A stretch of DNA of 50,434 nt from an uncultured Candidatus Saccharibacteria bacterium (GTDB lineage: Bacteria > Patescibacteriota > Minisyncoccia > Minisyncoccales > UBA1441), in the NCBI GenBank assembly GCA_964572275.1, contig CAZNED010000003.1, forward strand, positions 1 to 50,434, written 5' to 3'. Below, in pieces: positions 35,374 through 44,312 of this stretch. The position numbers were made by a program, and so were the translations under genes. The notes beneath the pieces are model-generated. The model ran no database searches and had not been told where the DNA came from. It saw only the letters and a list, made by a program, of their open reading frames with translations. Each line of letters begins with the position of its first letter. The stretch's first letter is position 1.

Positions 35374-35402
35374 TTGACCAACCCCTATTTCGCTGATAAT
35401 CT
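35374..35402 (+). promoter_or_regulatory. candidate sigma70-type promoter for rnpA-yidC-jag
   Basis: TTGACC (35374-35379), 17 nt spacer, TAATCT (35397-35402), 21 nt upstream of the rnpA ATG. Confidence 0.35.
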
Positions 35403-35423
35403 TAAGCATTGTGAAATAATATA

Positions 35424-35759
35424 ATGTTGCCACGTTTTCATCGCCTAACCAAGAAATCTGATTTTGATGATGCCTACCGGTCAAAATGGGCGGTCAGTGG
35501 GCATTTCTTTCTTGCTAAGATAAAAACGAATGAATTAGGGCGCGTCAGAATTGGAATAGTGATCAGCAAGAAAATAATCAAAAAAGCTACTGGCCGGAAT
35601 AAAATAAAAAGACAGTTGCGTCAAATAGTTCGTCAAGAAGCTATACAAGTAAAAAAAGGAATCGATATTGTCATTGCTTGCAAGTCAGCAATTCAAAAAG
35701 CTAGCTATATAGAACTACAGAAAGAATGGCAATCAATTTGGTCAAAAATTAATCTTTAA
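35424..35759 (+). CDS. rnpA: ribonuclease P protein component
   Basis: 111 aa. LPRFHRLTKKSDFDDAY...ATGRNKIKRQLRQIVR (RNR motif region). Confidence 0.85.
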   Translation: MLPRFHRLTKKSDFDDAYRSKWAVSGHFFLAKIKTNELGRVRIGIVISKKIIKKATGRNKIKRQLRQIVRQEAIQVKKGIDIVIACKSAIQKASYIELQKEWQSIWSKINL

Positions 35760-35761
35760 TT

Positions 35762-36469
35762 ATGTCACTAGGAAATATCTTCCATATTATTCTATATCAA
35801 CCAATCCTGAATTTATTGATCCTACTTTATTATTACTTACCGGGTCATGATCTAATTTGGGCGGTAATTGTCTTAACCCTTATCTTAAAACTCGCCCTTC
35901 ATCCAATTTCCATGAAAGCGGTAATCGTCCAGGAAGCCATGAATAAGATTGATCCTAAGATGAAAGAAGTAAGAGAAAAGTATAAAGATGATCCAGCTAA
36001 ACAATCTAAAGAAATTATGGCTCTTTATAAAGAGCATCATGTGAATCCATGGTCAAGTTTAATGTATCCGCTGATACAACTTCCGATCATAATTGTTCTA
36101 TTTAGAATATTCCAAGATTTAAGTATTCTTGGTTTAAGCAGCAATCTTTATTCTTTCACGCCGATTATAGATTTAACCGAAATGACTTTTCTCGGAAATC
36201 CGAATTTGACCCAACCAAGTATAATCTTAGCCATCTTAGCGGGATTGGCTCAGTATTGGCAACAGAAAACAATGCCAACTCCAGCTAAAAAAAGCTCATG
36301 GCAAAAGAACATGATTTACTTTTTCCCGGCTTTTACATTTTTCATTCTAACTAGATTTAGTGCTGTTCTTGGAGTATACTGGCTAATAAATATTCTTTTT
36401 ACAATCGGTCAACAATATTATCTTAAGAGAAAAAGAACATGTTCCGACCCTCTGAAACAGAAAAAATAA
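35762..36469 (+). CDS. yidC: membrane protein insertase YidC (short form)
   Basis: 235 aa. ILLYYYLPGHD...WAVIVLTLILKLALHPIS...MKEVREKYKDDPAKQSKEIMALYKEHHVNP. Confidence 0.85.
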   Translation: MSLGNIFHIILYQPILNLLILLYYYLPGHDLIWAVIVLTLILKLALHPISMKAVIVQEAMNKIDPKMKEVREKYKDDPAKQSKEIMALYKEHHVNPWSSLMYPLIQLPIIIVLFRIFQDLSILGLSSNLYSFTPIIDLTEMTFLGNPNLTQPSIILAILAGLAQYWQQKTMPTPAKKSSWQKNMIYFFPAFTFFILTRFSAVLGVYWLINILFTIGQQYYLKRKRTCSDPLKQKK

Positions 36470-36897
36470 AAAAGACAGTTAAGCAATTTTTTGAATTTCT
36501 TAGTATCGATTCTCAGATTAAAGTAAATGAAATAGAAACCGATACTATTAAGATATCTCTCTGGGCTGAAGAAGCTCCATTTTTTATAGGAGAAAGAGGT
36601 GAAACTTTAGTCGAAACTCAAAGCTTGCTTAAAAAGATTTTAGCCAAACAATTAGGACGCTATATCTTTATTGATCTAGACATCAATAATTATAAGGAGA
36701 AAAAAGCAAAATATTTAGAAGATTTAGCTCGGACAGCGGCAGACCAAGTGGCTTTAACAAAGAGTCCTCAAACACTCAAACCGATGTGGGCTTGGGAGAG
36801 AAGAATCATCCACACGGCTTTAGCCGAAAGAAGCAATGTTTATAGCCAAAGCGCTGGACATGGGGAAAGTCGCCATATCGTTATCTATCCGGCTTAG
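36439..36897 (+). CDS. jag: Jag/SpoIIIJ-associated RNA-binding protein (KH + R3H)
   Basis: 152 aa. KH-like middle region (FIGERGETLVETQSLL) and R3H (ERRIIHTALAERSNVYSQSAGHGESRHIVIYP). Confidence 0.75.
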   Translation: MFRPSETEKIKKTVKQFFEFLSIDSQIKVNEIETDTIKISLWAEEAPFFIGERGETLVETQSLLKKILAKQLGRYIFIDLDINNYKEKKAKYLEDLARTAADQVALTKSPQTLKPMWAWERRIIHTALAERSNVYSQSAGHGESRHIVIYPA

Positions 36898-38465
36898 AGA
36901 TAGGGAATAATAGCGATGGCTTTAATGCGGGCACCATGCCGATAATTTCTCAAAACGAAAGATCCGAAGAGAGTAGGAGTGTTTTGAGTAATAATTGTGC
37001 AATCGCCGGTAAAATCTTCTTCAGAATTCAAAACGACTAAGAATTTTCCATCAATTTTGATAGAAAGAATATGTTCTTGGTCCCATTCATTCTTTCCATC
37101 AGGATAATCCAAATTCTTGTCCCAAATATTATTAACAGAATTCTGCTCTCCGATATCGCTGGCAGTAATAACTCGTGAAGGGAGTACATGCCCGGGGCTA
37201 CCTTCGCCATAATCAATACCAGAATAGAAAGTTACCTTACCTTCAAGGGTATCATTATCGAGATTGCGCTTAAAAACATGGGCACTATGAATTGAATTAT
37301 CTGGATCAGTTCCTACTCCTCCACCTATTCTTCCACCATAACTTGGATTAAAACCTGGCGTGAGTTCGAAAGTACCGGAAGTAGGCTGTTCTCCGAAGAT
37401 TAAAGCGCAACCTCCTTGGTAATTATTTTGAGTGAAAAAAACTCCAGCCCAAGGAATCTCGTCTCCGGCAAAGAATCCCTGGTCTTCTTCTAGAGAATAA
37501 AGAACAATACATTCGGTACGACCATTGTAACTACCTAAATCTGGATATGGAGATTTTATCAGCAAGGGGAGATTTCTGAGATTATCGCTGAAGTCATAAT
37601 CTCCGCAACGATAATCTTCCCCTGGAGCCGGGAAAAGGTAAAAACCGGATTGATATCTCCAAATATAGATAGATTGAGGGTATTCGATCGTTTCTCCAGA
37701 GCTAGAAGATCCCCCAAGTAATGCAGTTTCAGTCAGTGATTGCCAATGTTCATCAGTTTCGTCTTCAAAAGGATTAGTGTTAAGAATAATAATATAATCA
37801 CCTTTATAACCTTCTTCCGGGAAGACAAAAGCCGCAGCCATACCCGGGAATTTTTCCCTGAAACTGACCTCCTCGGCTATAAAACCGACAGGAAGTATCT
37901 CACTAGCATTCTGATCGAAACAATAGGTGCGAGGCTCAATTTGGCAACACTGAATTTGTTGCGCGCCGGTCGTTGATTCGCCTAGGGCCTCCTGGCAATT
38001 TTCTTCTTCAAGTTTTTCCCATCCTTCTGGGCAAGTCTCTCCCTCTTTCCATGATACCTCTCTGCCACGCAGGCAATATCCTTGGCTTGGTAATCCGGGG
38101 TCAGTTGGATCTTTAAAAAACTGAGGATCAATGGTATTTAAAGCTAAATGGGCACCAAGAATTATAGCAACACCGGATAATCCCGCTATGATGCGAGCGC
38201 GACCTTGCCGCATTCGTCCAGGAGAGCCGGCAGAAGTGAGGTAAACAAATCCTCCACTGACAAATGCCGCAAGGGCGATAATACCGGTAATGCCAACGGC
38301 GAAATAATAAATATATTCTAAATATTGAGGCAAAGCGAATCCTTCGCTAGGAGTTTCAACGCCAGGAATACTAGGATAAGTTGTCTCGAATTGTCGTGCC
38401 GCAAAAATAGTAAAAGGGATTAATGCAAGCAAGGCGATGAAGATAATTATTCTTTTAATAGACAT
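36894..38465 (-). CDS. surface protein: N-terminal VirB2/TrbC-like T4SS pilin module fused to a ~400-aa extracellular region
   Basis: 523 aa. Signal/TM, then YIYYFAVGITGIIALAAFVSGGFVYLTSAGSPGRMRQGRARIIAGLSGVAIILGAHLALNTIDP, a two-helix pilin hairpin paralogous to the neighbouring gene. The C-terminal region has repeated hxhYxxxxYxG strands. Confidence 0.55.
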   Translation of the reverse strand: MSIKRIIIFIALLALIPFTIFAARQFETTYPSIPGVETPSEGFALPQYLEYIYYFAVGITGIIALAAFVSGGFVYLTSAGSPGRMRQGRARIIAGLSGVAIILGAHLALNTIDPQFFKDPTDPGLPSQGYCLRGREVSWKEGETCPEGWEKLEEENCQEALGESTTGAQQIQCCQIEPRTYCFDQNASEILPVGFIAEEVSFREKFPGMAAAFVFPEEGYKGDYIIILNTNPFEDETDEHWQSLTETALLGGSSSSGETIEYPQSIYIWRYQSGFYLFPAPGEDYRCGDYDFSDNLRNLPLLIKSPYPDLGSYNGRTECIVLYSLEEDQGFFAGDEIPWAGVFFTQNNYQGGCALIFGEQPTSGTFELTPGFNPSYGGRIGGGVGTDPDNSIHSAHVFKRNLDNDTLEGKVTFYSGIDYGEGSPGHVLPSRVITASDIGEQNSVNNIWDKNLDYPDGKNEWDQEHILSIKIDGKFLVVLNSEEDFTGDCTIITQNTPTLFGSFVLRNYRHGARIKAIAIIPYL

Positions 38466-38479
38466 GATTTTTAAATAAT

Positions 38480-40948
38480 TTAAAACTTTTGTTCACCACA
38501 GAAATAGTCAAACATAAGATCGGCAATAGCTGCTTGGCATTCAGCGCTTTCCCTGTCTCGATAACAAGCAGCGCGCTGGCTTTCGGTCAAAGAATTATCA
38601 CCATAAGGAGATTGACTATTGTATGGATAACAAGTTTCAATAAGTGGATTGAATTTCATTCCTCCGCTATCTACTCCCAAGTCTTGCAGATAAAGCAACC
38701 AATAGCAACTGAAAGGCATAGTTGCGGCAGTAGCAAGCTCAGGATCATTCCCGAAACTAGAAATACATCGTGCTAATTTTTCTTGAGAATCTTGCAATTG
38801 ATTCAACATTTCAGCCCGGCTTGGTTGATGTTCCATAAGATTCATGGCTAAAATAAGGTTTTTAACTTGCTCGACTCTCTTTTTAACAGAATCGATATCT
38901 GTCTCATACCAATATTTCGTCTCATCTCTTCTTTTAAAAATCACACTGAGCGGGCAAGGATGGTATTCGCCACCAACCAGACAAGGAGTGCAGGCACAGC
39001 CGGGGCAACCCCCGCAATTATTGCACAAACAACCATGAGTTGTGCCACAACCCGGTCCACAACCGGCGCGGTCGCTAGTAACTAATGCATAACAAACACA
39101 TCGTGGTGGCAAATGATAAAGCCGACACTGATTATTTGGATCATTCTTATCGTATGATGGACACACAACTTCTGGAGCTGAGGTATCTACAAGGATTTTC
39201 ATTTCGCTCATTAATTCTTGAACATAGACTTCAGCATCATCTACTAATTGCCCAATCGCGATATTGCTTCTAGGATATCCCGAGACTACATATTGATCGA
39301 TAGTTGGTTCGGAAATTCCTTTTTGATCTTGAGTCAAAACAGGGGCTCCTATAAAATCCTTGGAGCAGTAAAACGTAATAGGATTTTGGCTCAACTGATT
39401 ACACTTATCACTATCTGTCTGAATGCGACACATGATTCCGAGTTCATCATCAACTTCACGTCCTTGAATCCCATCCTCCTGGTTGATACGATATTCAGAG
39501 CACTTGTAGGACACCAATTCTTCATCTCCCCAAGGAAAAGAAATAGCAATTCCTTTTTCTAAATCATCCAAATTGCAAATGCCGCAATTTGATTGCTCGC
39601 AATCAGTGCAACGAAATTCTAAACACCAACGATCGATATCAATTCTTTCTTCAACTATACAATCTTCACCCCATGCTGGCTGATTACCATTCAGGCAGAA
39701 TTTATTTCTTTCTAGACTTGTGAATGGATCTGATTCGGCTTCTTTTAGCAATTGAATAAAAGTAGCATGAGTAATGTAAGTTCCATGTTCGCATTGCATC
39801 TTGTACATTTCCTCAACTTTTTGAAGATAGCTTAAGTCAATTTCTAGGCTAGCAATATGAGGAGGCAGAAAATGACTGGCTAAGTATCTAATTTGATTGA
39901 CGACAGTCATTTTTTCATACGAATCAACAGAAACTTTCACTAATTCACTTTCTTTAAGCAAATTTCTTCCTTCTAATATTTGATGCATCCATAAACCGGC
40001 TCCACCTTCTTTGAATGTTTTAATGCGTATTTGATCAATTCGTGCTCGAGCTGGGCATGGATCACCACCGCAAGGAGCCCCGCAACGACAAGAGCCGAAC
40101 GGTATACAAGGGCATCCTCCACATGAATTACAAGCTCCACAATTACATTGACTAGTCAATTGAGCGAGTTCTTCGACTTTTTCCTTTAAGAAAAGGCTTT
40201 TAGCATCAAGCGCTCGGACAACTCTCTCAATGCAATCAAGCCGATCATTAGTGGGAATTGGCTGAATTCCAGGCTGACTGGGGTCTCCATCTAAGAATTC
40301 CCCATCTTTATCAAAAGCATAACAGAGATAAGCAATTTCAGCGTCTTTCGGTTCAGGATTAGGCCATGCCTCCGGAAAATCTCGAGACATAACATCTATA
40401 ATTCTTGATTTCTCTTCGCTTGTCACGGGTTGGCCGGAATGACAATCAACTAAATTGCTATTATTATCAAAACAACTTATATTTTTAGCCAATATTCTGG
40501 TTTCTAGAATGGTTCCAAAAGGCATTTCTTGATATTCGAAAACTGTTACTTCCGGCCCGGGAGGAGTATGAACTTCACCGTCCTTAAACGAAATCTCAGG
40601 CAATCTGAATATTTCGTTCAGAATGTCAGGATTTATTTGGCGAACAATAACATAAGAAGTTAATATCAGAGAAACTCCGAGCAATCCACCTATAACTCTC
40701 TTTTTGGCCTGTGCCATAGCCATAGGAGAACCAGCGGCTGTTAAATATCCCAATCCTCCCCATAATAAAGCGATAAAAGCAATAATGCCCGCACCGCTGA
40801 TGACGAAATTAAGCACGGTAGAGATCATCCTAGAAAAAGCTTCTAGTCTTTCAGTAGTCGCTTCTTCGGCAGCCAGAGAAGGGGATGCTAGAAAGAGTAA
40901 TAGAAATAATACAATTATTTTAATCATTTTTAGTTTCAAGATAAACAC
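38480..40948 (-). CDS. surface protein: N-terminal VirB2/TrbC-like T4SS pilin module fused to a ~700-aa cysteine-rich extracellular region
   Basis: 822 aa. Signal peptide, then ISTVLNFVISGAGIIAFIALLWGGLGYLTAAGSPMAMAQAKKRVIGGLLGVSLILTSYVIVRQINP. There are 46 Cys by hand count, all after residue 150, including two CxxC-dense knots. Confidence 0.55.
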   Translation of the reverse strand: MFILKLKMIKIIVLFLLLFLASPSLAAEEATTERLEAFSRMISTVLNFVISGAGIIAFIALLWGGLGYLTAAGSPMAMAQAKKRVIGGLLGVSLILTSYVIVRQINPDILNEIFRLPEISFKDGEVHTPPGPEVTVFEYQEMPFGTILETRILAKNISCFDNNSNLVDCHSGQPVTSEEKSRIIDVMSRDFPEAWPNPEPKDAEIAYLCYAFDKDGEFLDGDPSQPGIQPIPTNDRLDCIERVVRALDAKSLFLKEKVEELAQLTSQCNCGACNSCGGCPCIPFGSCRCGAPCGGDPCPARARIDQIRIKTFKEGGAGLWMHQILEGRNLLKESELVKVSVDSYEKMTVVNQIRYLASHFLPPHIASLEIDLSYLQKVEEMYKMQCEHGTYITHATFIQLLKEAESDPFTSLERNKFCLNGNQPAWGEDCIVEERIDIDRWCLEFRCTDCEQSNCGICNLDDLEKGIAISFPWGDEELVSYKCSEYRINQEDGIQGREVDDELGIMCRIQTDSDKCNQLSQNPITFYCSKDFIGAPVLTQDQKGISEPTIDQYVVSGYPRSNIAIGQLVDDAEVYVQELMSEMKILVDTSAPEVVCPSYDKNDPNNQCRLYHLPPRCVCYALVTSDRAGCGPGCGTTHGCLCNNCGGCPGCACTPCLVGGEYHPCPLSVIFKRRDETKYWYETDIDSVKKRVEQVKNLILAMNLMEHQPSRAEMLNQLQDSQEKLARCISSFGNDPELATAATMPFSCYWLLYLQDLGVDSGGMKFNPLIETCYPYNSQSPYGDNSLTESQRAACYRDRESAECQAAIADLMFDYFCGEQKF

Positions 40949-41456
40949 TTACTATCCAACTCAAAGCAATTTTTCCTAGGATAGGAACACTTTCTATTAA
41001 CCAGGGGATAAGAACTCTTAAAATCCATTTCTTAAAGATAGAAACAACTTTATTTGATCCACTGCCTCCGAGTGCCTGACCGAGGTTTTCTGCTGCCTGT
41101 TTGTCGAAAGAGGAGGTTGTCGAGCTAGAATCTGGAGAATCAACAGTTTTGGATTTAGAAGAATTTAAGGGAGCACTCTTTCTGGCAGCCATTTTTACTC
41201 CCGAAGAGATATCTCCTCTAAAAAATACTATCCAAATGGTAAAGAAAATCTTGCCAAAAAGATTAAGCATAAACTGAATGGCAACCCCAAGAGGGAATAA
41301 GACGACAGTTAAACTTAGGAGAAAGCATAGCAAACCTCCCATATCGAGTATAAAAGCGACTAAATAAGCAACCAAAGTATCCGCCGAAATGATGCCTCGA
41401 CGTGTTTCATCTCCAGAATCGTCAAATTCTTCAAAGGTTCCCGCGTATGAATTCAT
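40920..41456 (-). CDS. small membrane protein of the T4SS-like operon (unknown role)
   Basis: 178 aa. Acidic N-terminus, 3-4 TM helices, and an S/T-rich linker. It overlaps both neighbouring genes. Confidence 0.45.
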   Translation of the reverse strand: MNSYAGTFEEFDDSGDETRRGIISADTLVAYLVAFILDMGGLLCFLLSLTVVLFPLGVAIQFMLNLFGKIFFTIWIVFFRGDISSGVKMAARKSAPLNSSKSKTVDSPDSSSTTSSFDKQAAENLGQALGGSGSNKVVSIFKKWILRVLIPWLIESVPILGKIALSWIVSVYLETKND

Positions 41457-43248
41457 CTCTCTTTAAGGCACGCCGCGCCTCTTTGATTTTAATAACTTCT
41501 TCGGGATTGCTGGTAATAATTTGATCTTCGGTATAAGAAGCAACGACTTGAATAGCAACTCGTTTATTACCGGCAAAAAACAATCCTTCTCCGACACTGC
41601 TTGATAAGATCAAATGTTTTTCTCCCATTGTTAATCCGAAAGTGTTGGCAATAACATCAACGGATGTACTTGATTGTTTCATCAATAATTGCAGGGAAGA
41701 GTTATTTAAGATAGGGACACCGTATGGCGAGCTAAGGAAATCGTTGACATCCTGAGTGATAGTAGTTAGCCCCAACCAATATTTTCTAGCTCTTTTAGCC
41801 ATTCCAAACAGGAAAGATGCTCCGTCCGGGGATTGCATGATGACCCAAGCCTCATCGATAACAACAATTCTCTTTTTCATCTCACCGCGAATTTCATTCC
41901 AAATATAGTGCAAGATAATATACATGGCCATCGGGCGCAATTCATCTTCCATATCTCGAATACCAAAAACCACCAAATGGCGATCAATCTCTATATTAGT
42001 ATGATTGTTAAAGAAATTAGCGTAACTTCCTAGAGTAAATTTACGAGTTCTTTGACCTAATGATTCGGCTCCTTCCATGCTTTCGAGAACAGCTTGAAAA
42101 TCACTCATTAAAGGAGGCTCAAGTTTGGCAAAATTGGCATCGGCGGAAATATCTTTAGAAGCATATGTTTCAATAATCGCCTGATCGATAATAGAATCTT
42201 CTTCTGGTGTTAGCCCGCCAAGCATAATACGGAATAATCCGACCAATTCAACAGTATTTCTTCTAAGAACATCGGCTGGATTTTCATCAAGACCGACTTT
42301 AGGCAAATCAAATGGATTGAGATGATGAGGTGAGCTTAAAGAAATATTGATATAGGAACCATCGGCAGCATCACTTAAGAACTCATATTCATTTTCAGGA
42401 TCGATAATTAAAACATCGACTCCTTCCATCATTAATCTTAAAATCTCTAGCTTAGTCGCATAGCTTTTCCCCCCACCAGATTTTCCGAAAATAACCATAT
42501 TGGCATTTTCGAGGGAAAATCTGTCAAAAAGAACCAAAGAATTGTTATGTTTATTAATTCCATAGAGAATCCCTTCGTTGGAGCTTAAATCAAAAGAAAT
42601 AAATGGGAAAACACTAGACAGAGGAGACGTATTCATGGGGGTGTGGACCATCAACTGATCCAGTCCGTATGGAGCGCAGGTATAAAATCCTTCTTTCTGC
42701 TGAAAGGATGCCGGTTTAATGTAAACTAGTCGCGACTCAAGAATAGATCTAATTTCTATTTCAGCATCACGCAATTCCTTTTCTTCATCTCCGGAAATAG
42801 CGAAGTAAATGCCGATTTGAAACATTTTTTCTTGAGCAGTTCGCAATTTGTTGCGCAACTCCTCAATATCTTGAAAAGCAGTTTCAAGTTCGGGATCACG
42901 CACTAATCCTTTTTCCTCTCGTTCCATTAATTCTGCTTGTATTTCCGTAGTTTTTTTTCTTAATTTCTTTAGTATAGGAGTAGTTTCAATCGGATGGAAG
43001 AAAAATGAAATACTGATAGGTCGGCTCATATTAATAATAGGGGCAAGCCATCCAACTGAAAGATATCGAGGATAAGAAAAAACAAATAAAGTTCTAATCA
43101 GGCGACCTCTTAGATCAACGCTATTCTGGTTGATTTGGACAGAAGGTGGCGCAATTAAATCATGAAGAGTCACCGCTCTTGCCGGAGCAGTCGATGTTTG
43201 TTCTTTCGATTGAAATGTTTCTTTTAATTTACCAAACATTTTATTCAA
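41431..43248 (-). CDS. virB4: VirB4/TrbE/CagE-family type IV secretion ATPase
   Basis: 605 aa. Walker A VIFGKSGGGKSYATK, then LIIDPENEY, NPFDLP, Walker B RIVVIDEAW and ARKYWLGLTTITQDVNDF. Confidence 0.85.
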   Translation of the reverse strand: MNKMFGKLKETFQSKEQTSTAPARAVTLHDLIAPPSVQINQNSVDLRGRLIRTLFVFSYPRYLSVGWLAPIINMSRPISISFFFHPIETTPILKKLRKKTTEIQAELMEREEKGLVRDPELETAFQDIEELRNKLRTAQEKMFQIGIYFAISGDEEKELRDAEIEIRSILESRLVYIKPASFQQKEGFYTCAPYGLDQLMVHTPMNTSPLSSVFPFISFDLSSNEGILYGINKHNNSLVLFDRFSLENANMVIFGKSGGGKSYATKLEILRLMMEGVDVLIIDPENEYEFLSDAADGSYINISLSSPHHLNPFDLPKVGLDENPADVLRRNTVELVGLFRIMLGGLTPEEDSIIDQAIIETYASKDISADANFAKLEPPLMSDFQAVLESMEGAESLGQRTRKFTLGSYANFFNNHTNIEIDRHLVVFGIRDMEDELRPMAMYIILHYIWNEIRGEMKKRIVVIDEAWVIMQSPDGASFLFGMAKRARKYWLGLTTITQDVNDFLSSPYGVPILNNSSLQLLMKQSSTSVDVIANTFGLTMGEKHLILSSSVGEGLFFAGNKRVAIQVVASYTEDQIITSNPEEVIKIKEARRALKRDEFIRGNL

Positions 43249-43894
43249 TAATTTCAGGCATAATGGATGGATAATAGCCGTGTTCAGCAGAAGCGGGATG
43301 ATGGAGAGACCAAAATAATTCTATAATTTCAGGCGATGTCAAAGGAACGGCTTCTAATTCACAACGCCTGAGACCAATGGCAACGAATTCCATGCGTTGG
43401 ATCAATTGCATTCGAGCTCGTTGAAATGCTTCAGCAGACATTACCTGTTTTACTTGGTCTTTCTTACGAAGCATTTCTCGGGCAGCAGAAACAGTTCCTT
43501 GAACTTCAGCAAGAGTGTATGGAACAATAATATAAAATGATTTCCCCATGATGACTCCTTTATTCAGAATATCTGTAATAAATTGACGATAATCACTGGT
43601 TTGAGCCTTCATTAATTCATTTGTTTGCTGCTCCTCTAATTTTTTTAGTCGTTCTAGATAACCGGTCATGTTAACTCGACGTGATTGAACGAGGATTTGA
43701 GTAGTGAAGTCAAGTGAGTTTAAGAAATTCTGAAATTGGTAGATAATAGCTTGTTGTTCGTCGGATGATTTTAATGCAAAATTAATGGAGGAAACCATTA
43801 ATATTCCTCTTAATCCTCCGCTACGCAAAATTACAACGCCTTCTTTTATCTCACTGAAAGGCAAGAATTGTTGACTGTATGCTTGGCCGTTCAT
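43241..43894 (-). CDS. T4SS-associated cytoplasmic protein, resembles a VirB4 N-terminal domain without the ATPase
   Basis: 217 aa. FSEIKEGVVILRSGGLRGILMVSSINFALKSSDEQQAIIYQFQNFLNSLDFTTQILVQS follows the N-terminal pattern I recall from Firmicutes VirB4-type ATPases. It overlaps PrgI-like by 4 nt and virB4 by 8 nt. Confidence 0.4.
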   Translation of the reverse strand: MNGQAYSQQFLPFSEIKEGVVILRSGGLRGILMVSSINFALKSSDEQQAIIYQFQNFLNSLDFTTQILVQSRRVNMTGYLERLKKLEEQQTNELMKAQTSDYRQFITDILNKGVIMGKSFYIIVPYTLAEVQGTVSAAREMLRKKDQVKQVMSAEAFQRARMQLIQRMEFVAIGLRRCELEAVPLTSPEIIELFWSLHHPASAEHGYYPSIMPEIIE

Positions 43895-44310
43895 TTTTTA
43901 GTCTCGATAGAGCTTTTTAATTTTTCTAAACGTCCTCGTGGGGCCAACGTAAGCAAATCATTATTTTCCTGAGAAATTGACATTTTCCCTAATTTCGGAC
44001 TATCCAGAATAATGGGGAAATCAGCCTTTATCTCTTCTTTATGCCATAAATAGCGCCGAGAAGAAAAAAGATAACCAAAAGCATAGGTTAGTACATCGGC
44101 TAAGGCTCGGCCACCAGGTTTCAAGAATGCTAAAGCTAATCCGGCTACAACAATGATTGGTACAATCAACCAAGCTATGGCTCTCGGTAAAATTGACCAA
44201 AGCAGAAAAGCGATTCCAGCTGCTCCAGCTAAAAAGAGGATTTGTTTAAAATGCAAAGATCCGACGATCTTAGCTTCTCTTTCTATAAATTGAGGGACAG
44301 AATATTGCAT
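43891..44310 (-). CDS. PrgI-family (VirB3-like) two-TM T4SS protein
   Basis: 139 aa. MQYSVPQFIEREAKIVGSLHFKQILFLAGAAG followed by two TM helices, the typical PrgI-family opening. Confidence 0.65.
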   Translation of the reverse strand: MQYSVPQFIEREAKIVGSLHFKQILFLAGAAGIAFLLWSILPRAIAWLIVPIIVVAGLALAFLKPGGRALADVLTYAFGYLFSSRRYLWHKEEIKADFPIILDSPKLGKMSISQENNDLLTLAPRGRLEKLKSSIETKK

Positions 44311-44312
44311 GA

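Noticed and set aside
35258-35423. Search for a hidden rpmH (L34) gene or DnaA boxes in the dnaA-rnpA spacer.
   Set aside because: No frame of about 44 basic codons is open on the plus strand. Only weak box-like matches with two mismatches (GGGGGATAA) are present.
35254-35484. 76-aa minus-strand ORF spanning the dnaA-rnpA spacer.
   Set aside because: It overlaps the rnpA start and the candidate promoter. It has low-complexity composition and no recognisable family.
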